DNA of 64,000 nt from Chiloscyllium plagiosum (GCF_004010195.1 NC_057719.1:67719705-67783704); one strand, 5' to 3'. Counted from the first letter of the stretch, positions 39,221 through 52,698 are shown. Translations and numbers: made by a program. Notes: generated by a model not told the origin, from the letters alone.

Positions 39221-39490
39221 AATTCAGGTAAAGAGATATTTCTGGTTGCGCTGATGCATTTTTCTCTTGTTCTTTCCCTGTGAAGGTCTGTATTGTTGCC
39301 AAAGGTTTAGTCTATGACTGAAGGGCAATTAACTCACTGTCCATTTACGCAGATGAATTGCCAACAGCATCCAGAGAAAGAAAAAAGGTGAGCCACTGTA
39401 TTCAGGTTAAATTGAAATTGCAATCATGAATCATGATAATGGACTGGTGGTTCAGAGCTGGATTGTCAGTTCAAACAGAAGTTCAAAACC

Positions 39491-39627
39491 GTAGGTAAAA
39501 ACAATGACTGCAGATGCTGGAAACCACATTCTGGATTAGAGTGGTGCTGGAAAAGCACAGCAGTTCAGGCAGCCTGCTCCTCGGATGCTGCCTGAATGGT
39601 TGTGCTTTTCCAGCACCACTCTAATCT
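39491..39627 (-). mobile_element. Short Penelope-like terminal insertion with inverted arms
   Basis: 14-bp TSD AGAAGTTCAAAACC at 39477-39490 and 39628-39641. Arms ATTAGAGTGGTGCTGGAAAAGCACA / TGTGCTTTTCCAGCACCACTCTAAT. Confidence 0.9.
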
Positions 39628-39861
39628 AGAAGTTCAAAACCCACAAGGACCAATGACAAAAATGTTCAAGTTTCTGTTTTAATGATTTTAAAAAATATTT
39701 TATGTTTCAGCAATCATCACCTGGAATTTTCATGGGTTTTCTCCCAGTACACAGGCCAAGTTACAGCAGTGCAGTGGGAGATCTCTCAAGAGCAATAGAA
39801 AAGATACAGCACAGAAAGAGGTCACTCAGCACATTGAGTCCGTGCTAGCTGAATAAATCAG

Positions 39862-39999
39862 TTGAATAAAAAAGGTGGAATGGTGGCTCAGTGGTTAGCA
39901 CTGCTGCCTCACAGCACCATGAACCTGGGTTTGATCCCAGCCTTGGGTGACTGTCTGTGTGGAGTCTGCACGTTCTCCCTGTGTCTGTGTGAGTTGCCT
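39862..39999 (+). mobile_element. 3'-truncated HE1-like SINE (head only) flanked by a 13-bp direct repeat
   Basis: TGGTGGCTCAGTGGTTAGCACTGCTGCCTCACAGC head. CTGAATAAATCAG at 39849-39861 and 40000-40012. Confidence 0.88.
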
Positions 40000-40707
40000 C
40001 TGAATAAATCAGCTACCTATTGTAATCCCACTTTACCACACCAGGTCTAAAGCCTTGCAGATTACAATGATTCAGGAGCAGAACCAGATTCCTATTGAAT
40101 GAAATTAAGGTCTCCACCTCAACCACCAAATTTGGCAGAATATCCCGGACACCTAACACCCTTTAGGTGAAAGATTATGTTCCCCCATCCCCTCTAATAC
40201 TCCCACTGATCGTACAAGTTTATGCTCCCTGGTAATTGACCTGTGTTTGGAGAGACAGGCTTTCCCTGTCCACCCCATCCAAGCCCCTCATTATTTGGTA
40301 CACTCAAATAAGTTATCGTTCAGCTTCTTCTGATCTAAGGAAAAGAACTCTAGCCGATCTAAACTTTGGTCATTGCTGCAGTTTTCAAGACCTGGCAACA
40401 TTGTTGTAAATCGTCTCTCTACTCTCTCCAGAGAAAACACACATCTCCTGTAATGTGATGACCAAAACTGTACACAAGCTTCCAGCTACGGTCTAATCAA
40501 TATTCTTTACAGTTCCAGCATTACATCTCTGCTATTGTACTCAATACCTCATCATGATGTAAATCATTCAATATGCTCTTTTTTATAACCATATTTACCT
40601 GTTCTGCTATATTCAGTGATCTTTAAACATGCACTGTAAGGCCTCATACTTCCTCTACCCTTTCAATACCTTCTCATTTATGATGTATTTTTGTTTGTTT
40701 TCCTTAA

Positions 40708-41545
40708 ATATGAAACAAATTTGTAAGGAGATGTCAATAATCTGTAAGAGTAATAGGGTGGTTACGGTAGGGGATTTTAACTTTCCAAACAGAGACTGGG
40801 ACTGCCATAGTGTTAAGGGTTTAGATGGAGAGGAGTTTGTTAAGGGTGTACAAGAAAAAAATTCTGATTCAGTATGTGGATGTACCTATGAGAGAAGGTG
40901 CAAAACTTGACCTACTCTTGGGAAATAAGACATGATAGGTGACTGAGGTGTCAGTGGGGGAGTACTTTGGGGCCAGTGACCATAATTCTATTCATTTTAA
41001 AATAGTGATGGGAAAGGATAGACCAGATCTAAAAGTTGAAGTTCTAAATTGGAGAAGGTCAATTTTGATGGTATTAGGCAAGAACTTTCAAAAGCTGATT
41101 GGGCACAGATGTTCGCAGGTAAAGGGATATGAAACAAATTTGTAAGGAGATCTCAATAATCTGTAAGAATAATAGGGTGGTTACGGTAGGGGATTTTAAC
41201 TTTCCAAACATAGACTGGGACTGCCATAGTGTTAAGGGTTTAGATGGAGAGGAGTTTGTTAAGGGTGTACAAGAAAAATGTTCTGATTCAGTATGTGGAT
41301 GTACCTATGAGAGAAGGTGCAAAACTTGACCTACTCTTGGGAAATAAGGCATGATAGGTGACTGAGGTGTCAGTGGGGGAGTACTTTGGGGCCAGTGACC
41401 ATAATTCTATTCGTTTTTAAATAGTGATGGGAAAGGATAGACCAGATCTAAAAGTTGAAGTTCTAAATTGGAGAAGGCCAATTTTGACGGTATTAGGCAA
41501 GAACTTTTAAAAGCTGATTGAGCACAGATGCTCGCAGGTAAAGGG
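40708..41545. repeat. 419-bp tandem duplication at the CR1 5' junction (40708-41126, 41127-41545)
   Basis: Copies are colinear with ~13 substitutions by manual count. Confidence 0.95.
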
Positions 41546-43645
41546 ATGGCTGGAAAATAGGAAGCCTTCAGAAATGAGATAACAAGAATCCAGAGAAAGT
41601 ATAATACTGTTATGGTGAAGGGAAAGGGTGATAGGTATAGGGAATGCTGGATGACTAAAGAAATTGAGGATTTGGTTAAGAAAAAGAAGAAAGCATGTGT
41701 CAGGTACAGACAGGATAGATCGAGTGAATCCTTAGAAGAGTATAAAGGCAGTAGGCGTAAACTTAAGAGGGAAATCAGGAGTGCAAAAAGGGGACATGAG
41801 ATAGCTTTGGCAAATAGAATTAAGGAGAATCCAAAGAGTTTTTACAAATACATTAAGGCCAAAAGGGTAACGAGAGAGAGAATAGGGCCCCTCAAAGATC
41901 AGCAAGGCGGCCTTTGTGTGGAGCCACAGGAGATTAGACAGATACTAAACGAGTGTTTTGCATCAGTATTTACTGTGGAAAAGGACATTGAAGATATAGA
42001 ATGTAGGGAAATAGATGGTGACATCTTGAAACATGTCCATATTACAGAGGAGAAAGTGCTGGATGTATTGAAACACATAAAAGTAGATAAATCCCCAGGA
42101 CCTGATCAGGTGTACCCTAGAACTCTATGGGAATCTATTGATTGCTGGGCCTCTTACTGAGATACTTGTATCATTGATAGTCACAGGTGAGGTGTCAGAA
42201 GACTGGAGGTTGGTTAACGTGGTGCCACTGTTTAAGAAGGGTGGTAAGGACAGGCCAGGGAACTACAGACCAGTGAGCCTGACGTCGGTGGTGGGCAAGT
42301 TGTTGGAGGGAATCCTGAGGGACAGGCAAGGACTGATTAAGGATAGTCAACATGGCTTTATGGGTGGGATATAGGAAATCATGGCTCACAAACTTGATTG
42401 AATTTTTTGAAGAAGTAACAAAGAGGATTGATGAGGGCAGAGTGATAGATGTGATCTATATGGACTTCAGTAAGGCGTTCGACAAGGTTCCCCATGGGAG
42501 ACTGGTGAGCAAGGTTAGATCTCCTGGAATACAGGGAGAACCCGCCATTTGGACACAGAACTGGCTCAAAGGTAGAAGACAGAGGGTGGTGGTGGAGGGT
42601 TGTTTTTAAGACTGGAGGCCTGTGACCAGTGGAGTGTCACAAGGGTCAGTGCTGGGTCCACCACTTTTCATCATTTATACAAATGATTTGGATGTGAGCA
42701 TAAGAGGTATAGTTAGTAAGTTTGCAAATGACACCAAAATTGGAGACATAGTGAACAACGAAGAAGGTTACCTCAGATTACAAAGGGATTTTGATCAGAT
42801 GTGCAAATGGGCTGAGAAGTGGCAGATGGAGTTTAATTCAGATAAATGCGAGGTGCTGCATTTTGGGAAAGGAAATCTTAGCAGGACTTAAACACTTAAT
42901 GGTAAGGTCCTACGGAGTGTTGCTGAACAAAGAGACCTTGGAGTGCAGGTTCATAGCTCCTTGAAAATGGAGTTGCAGGTAGATAGGATAGTGAAGAAGA
43001 CGTTTGGTATGCTTTCCTTTATTGGTCAGAGTAATGAGTACAGGAGTTGGGAGGTCATGCTGCGGCTGTACAGGACATTGGTTAGGCCACTGTTAGAATA
43101 TTGCATGCAATTCTAGTCTCCTTCCTATCGAAAATATGTTGTAAAACTTGAAAGGGTTCAGAAAAGATTTACAAGGATGTTGCCAGGGTTGGAGGATTTG
43201 AGCTACAGGGAGAGGCTGAACAGGCTGGGGCTGTTTTCCCTGGAGCGTCGGAGGCTGGGTGGTGACCTTATAGAGGTTTATAAAATCATGAGGGGCACGG
43301 ATAGGATAAATAGAAAAAGTCTTTTCCCTGGGGTGGGGGAGTCCACAACTAGAGGACATAGGTTTAGGGTGAGAGGGGAAAGATATAAAAGAGACCTAAG
43401 AGGCAACCTTTTTCACACAGAGGGTGGTATGTGTATGGAATGAGCTACCAGAGGATGTGGTGGAGGCTGGTACAATTGCAACATTTAAGAGGCATTTGGA
43501 TGAGTATATGAATAGGAAGGGTTTGGAGGGATATGGGCCTAGGTAGGTGGGACTAGATTGGGTTGGGATATCTGGTTGGCATGGACGGATTAGACCGAAG
43601 GGTCTGTTTCTGTGCTGTACATGTCTATGACTCTGTGACTCTATG
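40708..43645 (+). mobile_element. CR1 (HER1-like) LINE, 5'-truncated ORF2 pseudogene with complete 3' end
   Basis: APE motifs VGDFNFPNIDW and SDHN. RT motifs KSPGPD, PGNYRPVSLTSVVGKLLE, YMDFSKAFDKVPH, QGSVLGP and KFANDTK (catalytic DD altered). Multiple stops and frameshifts; GACTCT(A/G)T tail. Confidence 0.97.
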
Positions 43646-44823
43646 TAATTTCACACTTCTCTGGGTTAAATTCCATTTTGACACTTTTCCACCCATTTAA
43701 CTAAACTATAGTTATGAACTTACCACGTCACCACTTACACTCTTGGTTATCAACCAATGAGCCAGTTTTTTTGTCATCTGCAAATTCCCCAATCATACCT
43801 CCCACTATTAACTCTAATTCATTAATATATAACACAAACAGCCAGGGACCCAGCACTGAGACCGATGGAACACCAATTGATAATACTTTCCATTTCCAAA
43901 AACATTCATTAACTTTTACTATTTATTTCCTGTCACTGAACCAATATTGGGATCCAACTCACCATATTTTCTTGTATTCTATGAGCTTTAATTTTTCTGA
44001 CCCCTCCACTATATGGGAATTTGTCAACTGCTTTCCTAAAATCCCTGTAGGCAATATTGAGTGCAGCGCCTCATCAATCCTCCTTGTTAATTCCTCAAAA
44101 AAGTTCAATAAAGTTCGTAAGATGCGACCTTCCTTTAATAAAAACCATGATGAAAATTTCTGATTAATCTGTGCAATTTCAAGTAATGGTTAATCATATC
44201 TCTCAATATTGATGTTATTAAATGAGGTCTGACTAACTGGTGTACACTTATTTGGGTCTATCCCTCACATCCTTTTTGAACCATGGTACAACATTTGCAG
44301 ACCCACCAACCCTCTGGCATTTCACCTGAATCTAGTAAGAATTAGATAATGATCCTCAGAGCATCCCTTATTACCTTCCCATCTTCCTTCAACAACCTAG
44401 ATACAATTCATCTGGCCCCAATAAATTATCCCCCTTCAGGAATCTCAGTCCCTTCAGTATTCCCTTTCACATTATGTTTACTTCCCACTCCTTTTTAACT
44501 AGAGTGTCTTTATCATTCATCAGCTTTGTTAAGGTGGATACAAAATACTCATTAGAGACCCTCGCCACATCTTCTGCATTATTTACATCTTTAATGATCC
44601 CAACCACTCCTCTTCCTCTTGCTCTCAATGTACTGAGAAAACATCTTTGGTTTTTGCTTAATTTCCCTGGAGATTTTTTTTTGTAAGCTCTCACTGCCGT
44701 CAAAATTTATTTTTTTCACTTCACCCCTGTAATTTCTGTACTCCTATAAATTATCTTAGGTATTACTTGATTTAGACAGTCATAAGCTCTACTTTTCTAC
44801 TTTATTGTACTCCTTGGTATTTT

Positions 44824-44974
44824 AGGAGAAAGTGAGGACTGCAGATGCTGGAGATCAGAGCTGAAAATGTGTTGCTGGAAAAGCGCAGCAGGTCAGGCAG
44901 CATCCAAGGAGCAGGACAATCGACGTTTCGGGCATGAGCCCTTCTTCAGGACTTTTCCAGCAACACATTTTCAG
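44824..44974 (-). mobile_element. Short Penelope-like terminal insertion with a short inverted arm
   Basis: 14-bp TSD CTCCTTGGTATTTT at 44810-44823 and 44975-44988. Arms GAGCTGAAAATGTGTTGCTGGAAAAG / CTTTTCCAGCAACACATTTTCAGCTC. Confidence 0.92.
44922..44949 (-). ncRNA. Minimal type I hammerhead ribozyme core (PLE terminal repeat)
   Basis: CUGAAGA-A-GGGC(UCAU)GCCC-GAAACGUC: core CUGANGA, stem II, GAAA, palindromic ACGU and a UC cleavage site. Confidence 0.65.
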
Positions 44975-45334
44975 CTCCTTGGTATTTTCCCTATGTCCCT
45001 GAAAACATTGGAAGGAAGTTTGTGTGCTGTGGTTTTATAGACTGCACATATAGTCCAAAGCAAACCACCTGATTTCTATGTATGTGTATTTGCAGACCCA
45101 CAGCACAAGAGCATCCCTACTGATAAGGCAGTTTAGCTCACTTGAGAAAGGCAAGTGATCAAGCTGTGTGTCAGATCAATAGCAAACAGGGTAGGGCCAA
45201 AGGCATATTGTCAAAATAACCACAAGATGTTCCCATTTAAATTGGGACACAGTAGATCTCTTAACAGAATTCCAAATTTTAAACAGCATTTAGAGCTATG
45301 GTTTCTCAGTTCACTTGAGAATCATGTTGAGGTT

Positions 45335-45900
45335 ATATAGGACATTGGTGAGGCCTCTTCTGGAATAGTGTCCTGTTCTGGTCGCTCTGTTATAGGAAGG
45401 ATATTATCAAGCTGGCGAAGGTTCAGAAGAGATTTACCAGGATGTTGCCTGGTTTAGAAGATTTGAGTTGTAAAGAAAAGTTAGATCTGCTGGAACCTTT
45501 TTTACTAGAGTATAGGAGGCTGAGACGTGGCCTTATAAGAGTTAATAAAATAATGAGGGGATAGAGTTAGTGGCTGTTGTCTTTTTCCTAGGATGGGGGA
45601 TTTCAAGACTTGGGGTACATTTTTAAGGTGAGAGGGGAGTTTTAAAAAAGGCATGAGAGGCAATTGTTTTACACAGAGGGTGGTTCATGTGTGGAGTGAA
45701 CTTCCTGAGGAAATGGTGGATATGGGTGCAATTACAATGTTTCCAAGACATTTACGTATGTACATGAATAGGAAAGGTTTGAAGGGATATGGGCTAGGAG
45801 CAGGCAGGTGGGACTAGTTTAGTTTGGGATTATGTTTAGCATAGACCAGTTGGACTGAAGCGTCTGTTTCCATGCTGTATGGTTCTATGTCTCTGACTAT
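45335..45900 (+). mobile_element. CR1 3' fragment
   Basis: RTLVRPLLE...KVQKRFTRMLPGL...FTQRVVHVW; 3' UTR and tail as in 43100-43645. Confidence 0.9.
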
Positions 45901-45999
45901 GTGTTTGATTCAGAAAAGCAACTCATTCAAAAATGCTGAACAATTAGCAATGAAGGTCTACATAATACTTGAAATGCTAAAATATATGGACCATATTAG

Positions 46000-46930
46000 A
46001 AGACCAATTCAGAATCAGGTTAAGTTTTTGTATTCATTGACTAGAATTCATGTAATCTAGAAGTCTACAGGGTTCAGAAACCACTTTATAGTAGATGTAG
46101 TGGAATTGGCTCATTGTGATTTTTGAGATGGAAGCTGGTGATCACATTCACTCGAATTAAAACCTTTCAGAAATAGTTGTTGGACAAGTAAACAGTTATA
46201 GCCCAAAAAGCTACTTAAGGATGGCTATAAGTATGATCTCAATATTGCAGGTTGACAAAGCTTACAGGCCTCAAGAATGAACTCAACAGTTGGCACAATA
46301 ATTAGAAAATACAAATATAGCAAGATATGTGGAAGGGGTGGCCTTATATACATGCCAAGGAAATGCTCAACTTTCAATCAATTTTCCAAGGCATGTGATA
46401 GAAAAGGCCATTGGCAGACGCTGTGCACTTGAGCAAAGACTGATGCAGTTGTAAAAAGCCATGCAGACTTGGTCATACCTTACATAACAAGTACCTTCAA
46501 GCCAAAATAAAGACCATCTGGTATCCTGCCAGAGGCATATACATTAAAGTGATCAATAAACCAAAATTTGATGGTTTTACACTTTCCTTCACAAGAGAAG
46601 CGTTAATGTCATCCCACCATCGAAATTAGAAATTATCTGTCAGGACACTGGTAGCAATTTGCTATTGGCTAAAATTAATACGAAGGACAGTGCCCATATT
46701 AGTCCTGCAAATTCCAGAAGACATGTATCCATAGATGTGGGAAGCCATGGTGAAATGTACAAATCTAAAACTTTCAGCATACAATGATTCACCAATTCCA
46801 TAAAAGGCATCAATACTGGTGGACTGTAAATACAAGCTGTCGACCTAGATATTGCAGATATTCCAAGTCACTGACACTACTGGACCAGCAATTGCAGATA
46901 CACCAGCATGCCATGCTCACAATCCATGGC
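46000..46930 (+). mobile_element. Ty3/Gypsy-like gag-protease remnant
   Basis: Degenerate zinc knuckle (KACDRKGHWQTLC, ~46390), aspartic-protease-like AKINTKDSAHI (from KIDTGASAN-type, ~46668) and KLSAYNDSPIP (~46768). No LTRs recognised. Confidence 0.5.
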
Positions 46931-49900
46931 ATCAGTAGGACCATAGACATAACAAAAACTGCAGCGGACTATTCAAACAAACACTTGCAAAACTGAATAT
47001 GAAAGAAGAGCAGTATATTTAACTTTCTTCTGAAATAGTAGCAGGAAAATCTGAGCTTTACATTGTAGAGAAAAATATGAAAATTCAAGTGGAAAACATT
47101 AAACACCCATCTCACAATGTATCCAAATGTGAAAATGCCACCTCTGGGTTGATGCAGTCTTTAAGGGATGCCTTCACTTGGCTCACATAAATGCATGAGC
47201 AGCTGAAAGCGGAAGAATGGAGGCAGAATGAACTGCAGCTTCTCTGTCATCAATGCAAAGAAAAGATGGCAGATTTACAGGAATTCTGGAGCAAATCATA
47301 TTTGAAATGTATCAGACTCAGCAGGAGCAGTTACAGAAATATTGGCCTGAGTTCAAAGCAATGCTGGAGGAAATGATAGACCTACAAGAACAGTTGGAAA
47401 AGCACAATACACACAACAAGGAACTGCAAATCACTCATGAGGCAGTCTTTTCGGAGATAAGTGAAAGAGCTGAAGGACGATATGGAAGAAACCAAAGAAG
47501 CTCAAAGCAACAAGTGGAAGAGAGCCAGACTTCAAAGAAAAAATTTAAGAAGTTGAAAAGCTGGAGAATTACTTAAGAACATTACAAAGGAAAAATATAC
47601 TGGTCAAACAGTAGGCTAAAACTTTGGTAGACTTGGAAGGATCCATGAAATGAAACTAGGAGCTTCAAAATGAGCTGGTATCTCTAAACAAGCAAAATAA
47701 TAAATGCCAAGATTTGAATAACTCAAAACCACTTGATAAATGAGCTTATTTAGTTGCTAATCTGGGACAAATACTGATTTTTTTTAAGCAATTCTAGAAC
47801 AACAACACCAGTCCATGAAAAAAACTCATGACGACTCATAGATTCACATGGTGTTATAAATAATTAAACTTACTTTTGGATTTTGTATGTTGCTTTTAAG
47901 ACAGCTCATCTTTACAAATTCCATGAGCCATGTGTAGAAATGATTGGTTATTAGATTATTATCATTAATGTGAGTCTGTGTGTGTGCGTGTGAATGAGCT
48001 GGGGTGAGAGAGTGCGGGTGGTATGTTCTCCTTCCTGGGTGTGGCGAACATAATGGCAAAAGGTGATTATATAGGGTGAGAATGAAAAAAAACCTCAAAA
48101 TTCTCTGGATTCTCAAGGTTCAGAAAAACTCATCCAATTTTCCCCTTAAGCCTTAAATCTTCAGAATATCATCCTTGAGTGGCGATTATCTCATTTTCAT
48201 TCATTTGCATCTCATTGATATCGCCCCTTGCCCTGTTAATGTCGCATTTCTAATTCTCTTCTCCTCCAGTAAGCAATTCAACAATACAAAAACCCAACAG
48301 ATAAAACGAAGAGGGTACTTGTCAATGTGTCACCTCAGCTTGCAGAGTTTCCGCACTGGCAATCTGCCTTCTCTTTACAGGCAACTGCTTCTTCTGAACA
48401 ACATCCCTGCATGGTCACTATCCTCAACTCTTAGCATCAACAAACCAGTGGTTGCACCACATTATTGAGCCTGCCATCACACCAACTTGACCACCACTTC
48501 AGGTATTCAACACTTTACTTTGGAGCTGAGGGATACTCCTGACTTGCATGCTTCTGCCAGGTCACTTTGCACACAGTGACAGTCAGGCATCTCATAGATC
48601 CAGAAAGGATAACATGGAGATGGGCATCTTATGGGTCAGAGCTTGCTCATTAACACTCACTGACTTTGACATTCATTTAAAGGCATTCAGAGTTTGTGTG
48701 GTTTACATTGCTCTTTCGGGTGAACAAGGTCTTGCATGTTAAATGGCAGCCAGTCAAGTTAGCTTGCTTTCAGTAGAGAGGGAGAGACAGGCAGCTCGTG
48801 GAAATTATTGAAGAGGTCAATATATCAGACAGACATGGGTGGGCAAATCACTATGTGGCACCATGTATGTTGCCATCAGAGCTGCAGCATCTGCCAGCAG
48901 CTTACACAGCAACTACATTGTCTGTGCTTGAAGAAACTGGCAATGCATAAAAGTCAATGGGAAGAGTGCTTAATAGAGTTTGGGAGGACTACAGTCAATC
49001 AGTGGGCTATTATCACAGAGGCTCAATGGGGTTCGCCATTGTCAGGCAGGTACTTAGTGGTACAAGAGACAAGGAATCTGTGTCCTTTCAGTCCGAGGAT
49101 TTGGCCCTGGTAAATCCTCCAAGTCAAGTACAAGCAGTTCAGGATTACTGGTTAGTCAGCCAGATTATATTCGTTCAGAGGATGGTTGGAATGGAAGGGG
49201 ATTCTGGTCAGTCATGGAGGTTTAGGACAATAGTAAGGACAATCCACGGCATTTGTGGAAAACAGACTTCACTGCACTATACCACTGAGGGAATGGTCAC
49301 TATGATAAGGGGCAGATGTGGATAGCTGGGGGGTCCTTCATAGTGAATAGGAGGGGCTGAGGAGATTTCAAACTTGGAGGGTAGATTCAAACAGTTCATG
49401 GAAAGGACAAATGGCTAACAATAAGAGCATGCGAATCTCCAGACCAAACTTCAGAGTGAGTGGGAGCAATAATTGTCAGCTGAACGGCCTCAACCATAAC
49501 AGAGGGAGGCTGAAAGATCATCAGGGACAGCAAAATAAAAAGGAATGTGAAAAATGGAGGGAAATTGGTGCATCACAGGTGGAGTTTGCAAGTCACTCAC
49601 AAATTTGGAATCTTGCCATATCACATTCAAAAGTCAACTGTACAAAACTTAAACAAGATGGCTGTGACCAAATGCAAAGTAAGTATAATGAGTTGCACTT
49701 GCTTTCTTCTGTGGCAGAGCTACCAACTTTGATGTTGAGGTCCTCCTAGTGGCAATTGCAGTAATCATGCCTTCGCTGATTAATTAATGCCACCCACCTG
49801 GCTTCAATTTGCACTTCATCAGCAGGTCAGTAAGTGTCAAAGAATGTAGTTTTCAAATGATGGCCCCAAGCAATCAGGAGCATTCCACTGTGCCCACTGA

Positions 49901-50199
49901 CTGCTCGCTGCTGTTAGAAGCTCAACAAGTCTTAACACAACAAAAAAGCCAACTTGAAGTTCCTATTCAGCTACCACATTTCATAGCAAGTTCTGAGAGA
50001 TAAGATACTGCAGCTGCCATATTCTTGCACTAAAATGTAAGTCTGCAAAGACATGGGCTGTAGTCTGCAAGAGGGAGGCTTTTCTTTTGGTTGGGGTTGT
50101 TGGGGTGGGGGGAGGGGTGCATGCAATCAATATCATTGTTTCTGACTTTCTCTACAGGAGCTAAAATGGAGTTTGCAGTCACAGGAATCCCACAGCTTT

Positions 50200-51500
50200 G
50201 CTGTTAATCAGAAGACAATGGAAAGGACGCTGGGAATAAGAAACCTTCAAACACCCCCACGAGAACAGAAACCTCCAACAGCTGCTGCGTAGCATCCACA
50301 GGGAGAAGTAGCAGGTACAGACATCCAAACATCAGGAATTTAAGCCTTGCTCTATTTTTCAACTGTCTCAAAGAAATTACAAGTGACGATTAAAGGTCTG
50401 CTGGAAGAAGACTTTACTCACAACAATTGGGTGAGAAATCCAGCCCAATGGCCGTCAACATCACAGCTGCCCTGAAGTTTATGCCAGCAATCAGTGTTCC
50501 CGCTAATGTATTTTCTTCTACACAAAGGTCTGTACAAGACAGCAACATCCAGAGCAGAAAGTCATTGTTGCAATCGTGCTGGCTTGCCAATTGCCATGCA
50601 AGGAATGTCACCCAGCTATGCATCTTAGAGGGAATGTTGCTAGTAGCTCGTTTCAGGGAGCAATTAGGGACTTTGTGTGGCACATTCCATCCTTCAATTG
50701 ATTCGAGCAAGCAGCTTGTAACTGATGCCAATTTCGCCAGAGCACATTTCTTCATAAAGCAATGACAATCAAGCAGCTACAGCATGAGAATTCTCCACTA
50801 TTGTTGGCTTACTCCCTAGGGTCAGGGCACTATCAATTACACCCACATTACTATGAGAGGGTGCTCTCACCAACCTGCAGTGTTTGTGAACAGAAAAGGC
50901 TTCCATTTCATGAATGTTCAAGTAATTTTTGATCATTGATGCTGAATTGTAGAGAGAACCTGGGAACTGGTGAGATGCTTTTTGGAGGGTTGGTGCAGAT
51001 TTGATGGTCAAATGGACTGTATCTGTACTGTAGGGATTCTATGTCATGACTTTGTATATACCGTACTAGAGAACTCATGGGTGCCTACCTCCTTCCATGG
51101 GCCTCACCCATATAGAGATAGTTGATGGGAAATAAGGGCTAGCCTTTAAGAAACCCTCAGAATGATGGAGATTCAAGACGCCAAAATGTTCTGACTGTCA
51201 CTACGGCCATTGTTGGAATGATTGTAAGCCTGAAAATGAGGTTTCAATGACTGGACTGCTCCAGCTGGCATTTGTAGCATAGCCCAGATAGAGTGTTGCA
51301 CATCATTATGGTTTGCTGTACTGTTCACAATGTCCTGGATGAAAAAAATGGCATTGAGAGTAATCTTCTGAAAATGAAGATAAGGCAGATGATCTGGATA
51401 TTAATTAAGAGATCTATCCAGACAGCAGGACAGGGAAATGAATTGTAAATACCCAAGATCCCAGAGACTATGTTATAAGTAACTGCTTCTTGAGCTCATT
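50200..51500 (+). mobile_element. PIF/Harbinger transposase fossil, copy 3 (more distant subfamily)
   Basis: PMAVNITAALKF, FVNRKGFHFMNVQVIFDH (~50882), LMGNKG*, LKMRFQ*LD and IIMVCCTVHN (~51302). Confidence 0.85.
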
Positions 51501-52489
51501 TTAACTTCATCTCATTGTTCACGATTTGCTGCTCATTTGACAAATAGGTTCTGCTTAGAGCAAAGGACATGCGAGCCTTGTTATTTTTGCAATACTTCAC
51601 TTTTTGTGATCCTGAATAAATGTCTCATTATTCCTGTTAGTTTACGCATAATACCTTCAGATGACACTGCTTTAAAATGTCTACACATAAACTGCCCTGC
51701 ATGACCATTAAGGAAAAAGCAGCAATCAATGAGAGAGTGCACTTGCAGTCCATGGTGCCAAAGGTTAGTAGCTCTTAAGGCATACATGACAATGTGACAT
51801 CTGTGTACTGTATAGTGCAGTCCCCCATGAAAGCCACAAGGTGGACACAGGTGGTGCTTTTGAGGAAGGTGCTTTTGATACTTCCATCATCAGTAACCCT
51901 TCAATGTTCAGATTAGACGTTAAACTGTTAAGTTGCCTTGAAGTGTTTTGAACATTCTCTATGACAGCAAGAAACAATATTTTCTACAGCTTTCCTTGCA
52001 AGACCACAGCGTTGTGAGAGACAGTGGACAGGTAAGGTCCATTGAACATATTCCAACCTTGAATGTCAGCATAATCCCTTGACGGCACACACACAGGAAT
52101 TACATTTCCCTCCAGCGATTTGTTGAATCATTGATGTTTCTACACTGTAGCTCATAAAGTGAGTGCAAGTATAGAATTATCTGTGCAGGCTATGGATATT
52201 CGTTGAGTCTCAGTGTTTACTACATCAACATGCAATGCCTAGACTGCAATCTTTAAAGTTATGGTTTAAAGATCCTGATATCTGAAGCAGTCTGTGTATA
52301 AGAGGTGAGCACTGTTTGAAAATTGCAATCTCTTACATCCTTGGGATATATAAAGAGCATGCTCATTTCTCACGTGGGTATAACTTAACTAGGTCTGACA
52401 ATGAGAATTCAATACAATAGACATTGTCATAGTACAAGTGAAAATATATAAACAAAGATGACTAGTTATTTACAATAATATTTAACCAG

Positions 52490-52698
52490 GAGAAAGTGAG
52501 GACTGCAGATGCTGGAGTACCAGAGTTGAAAAATGTGGTGCTGGAAAAACACAGCAGGCCAGGCAGCATCCGAGGAGCAGGAGAATCGACGTTTCGGGCA
52601 TAAGCCCTTCTTCAGGAAGGCTTATGCCCGAAACGTCGATTCTCCTGCTCCTCGGATGCTGCCTGGCCTGCTGTGTTTTTCCAGCACCACATTTTTCA
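52490..52698 (-). mobile_element. Young Penelope-like terminal insertion forming a perfect 82-bp hairpin
   Basis: Direct repeat ACAATAATATTTAACCAG at 52472-52489 and 52699-52716. Arms 52525-52606 and 52619-52700 are exact reverse complements. Confidence 0.95.
52588..52615 (-). ncRNA. Minimal type I hammerhead ribozyme core (PLE terminal repeat)
   Basis: CUGAAGA-A-GGGC(UUAU)GCCC-GAAACGUC. Confidence 0.65.

Larger units (their letters stand above)
39795..44810 (-). mobile_element. Old CR1 LINE (pieces ~39795-40707 and ~43646-44810) hosting a SINE and a younger CR1
   Basis: Antisense RT motifs (TTGTCATCTGCAAATT = FADD; CCAGGGACCCAGCACTGA = SVLGP) resume directly after the inner CR1 tail. Confidence 0.8.

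Noticed and set aside
50769..51340. Domesticated HARBI1 gene
   Set aside because: Multiple stops and frameshifts, and related decayed copies occur in the same window.
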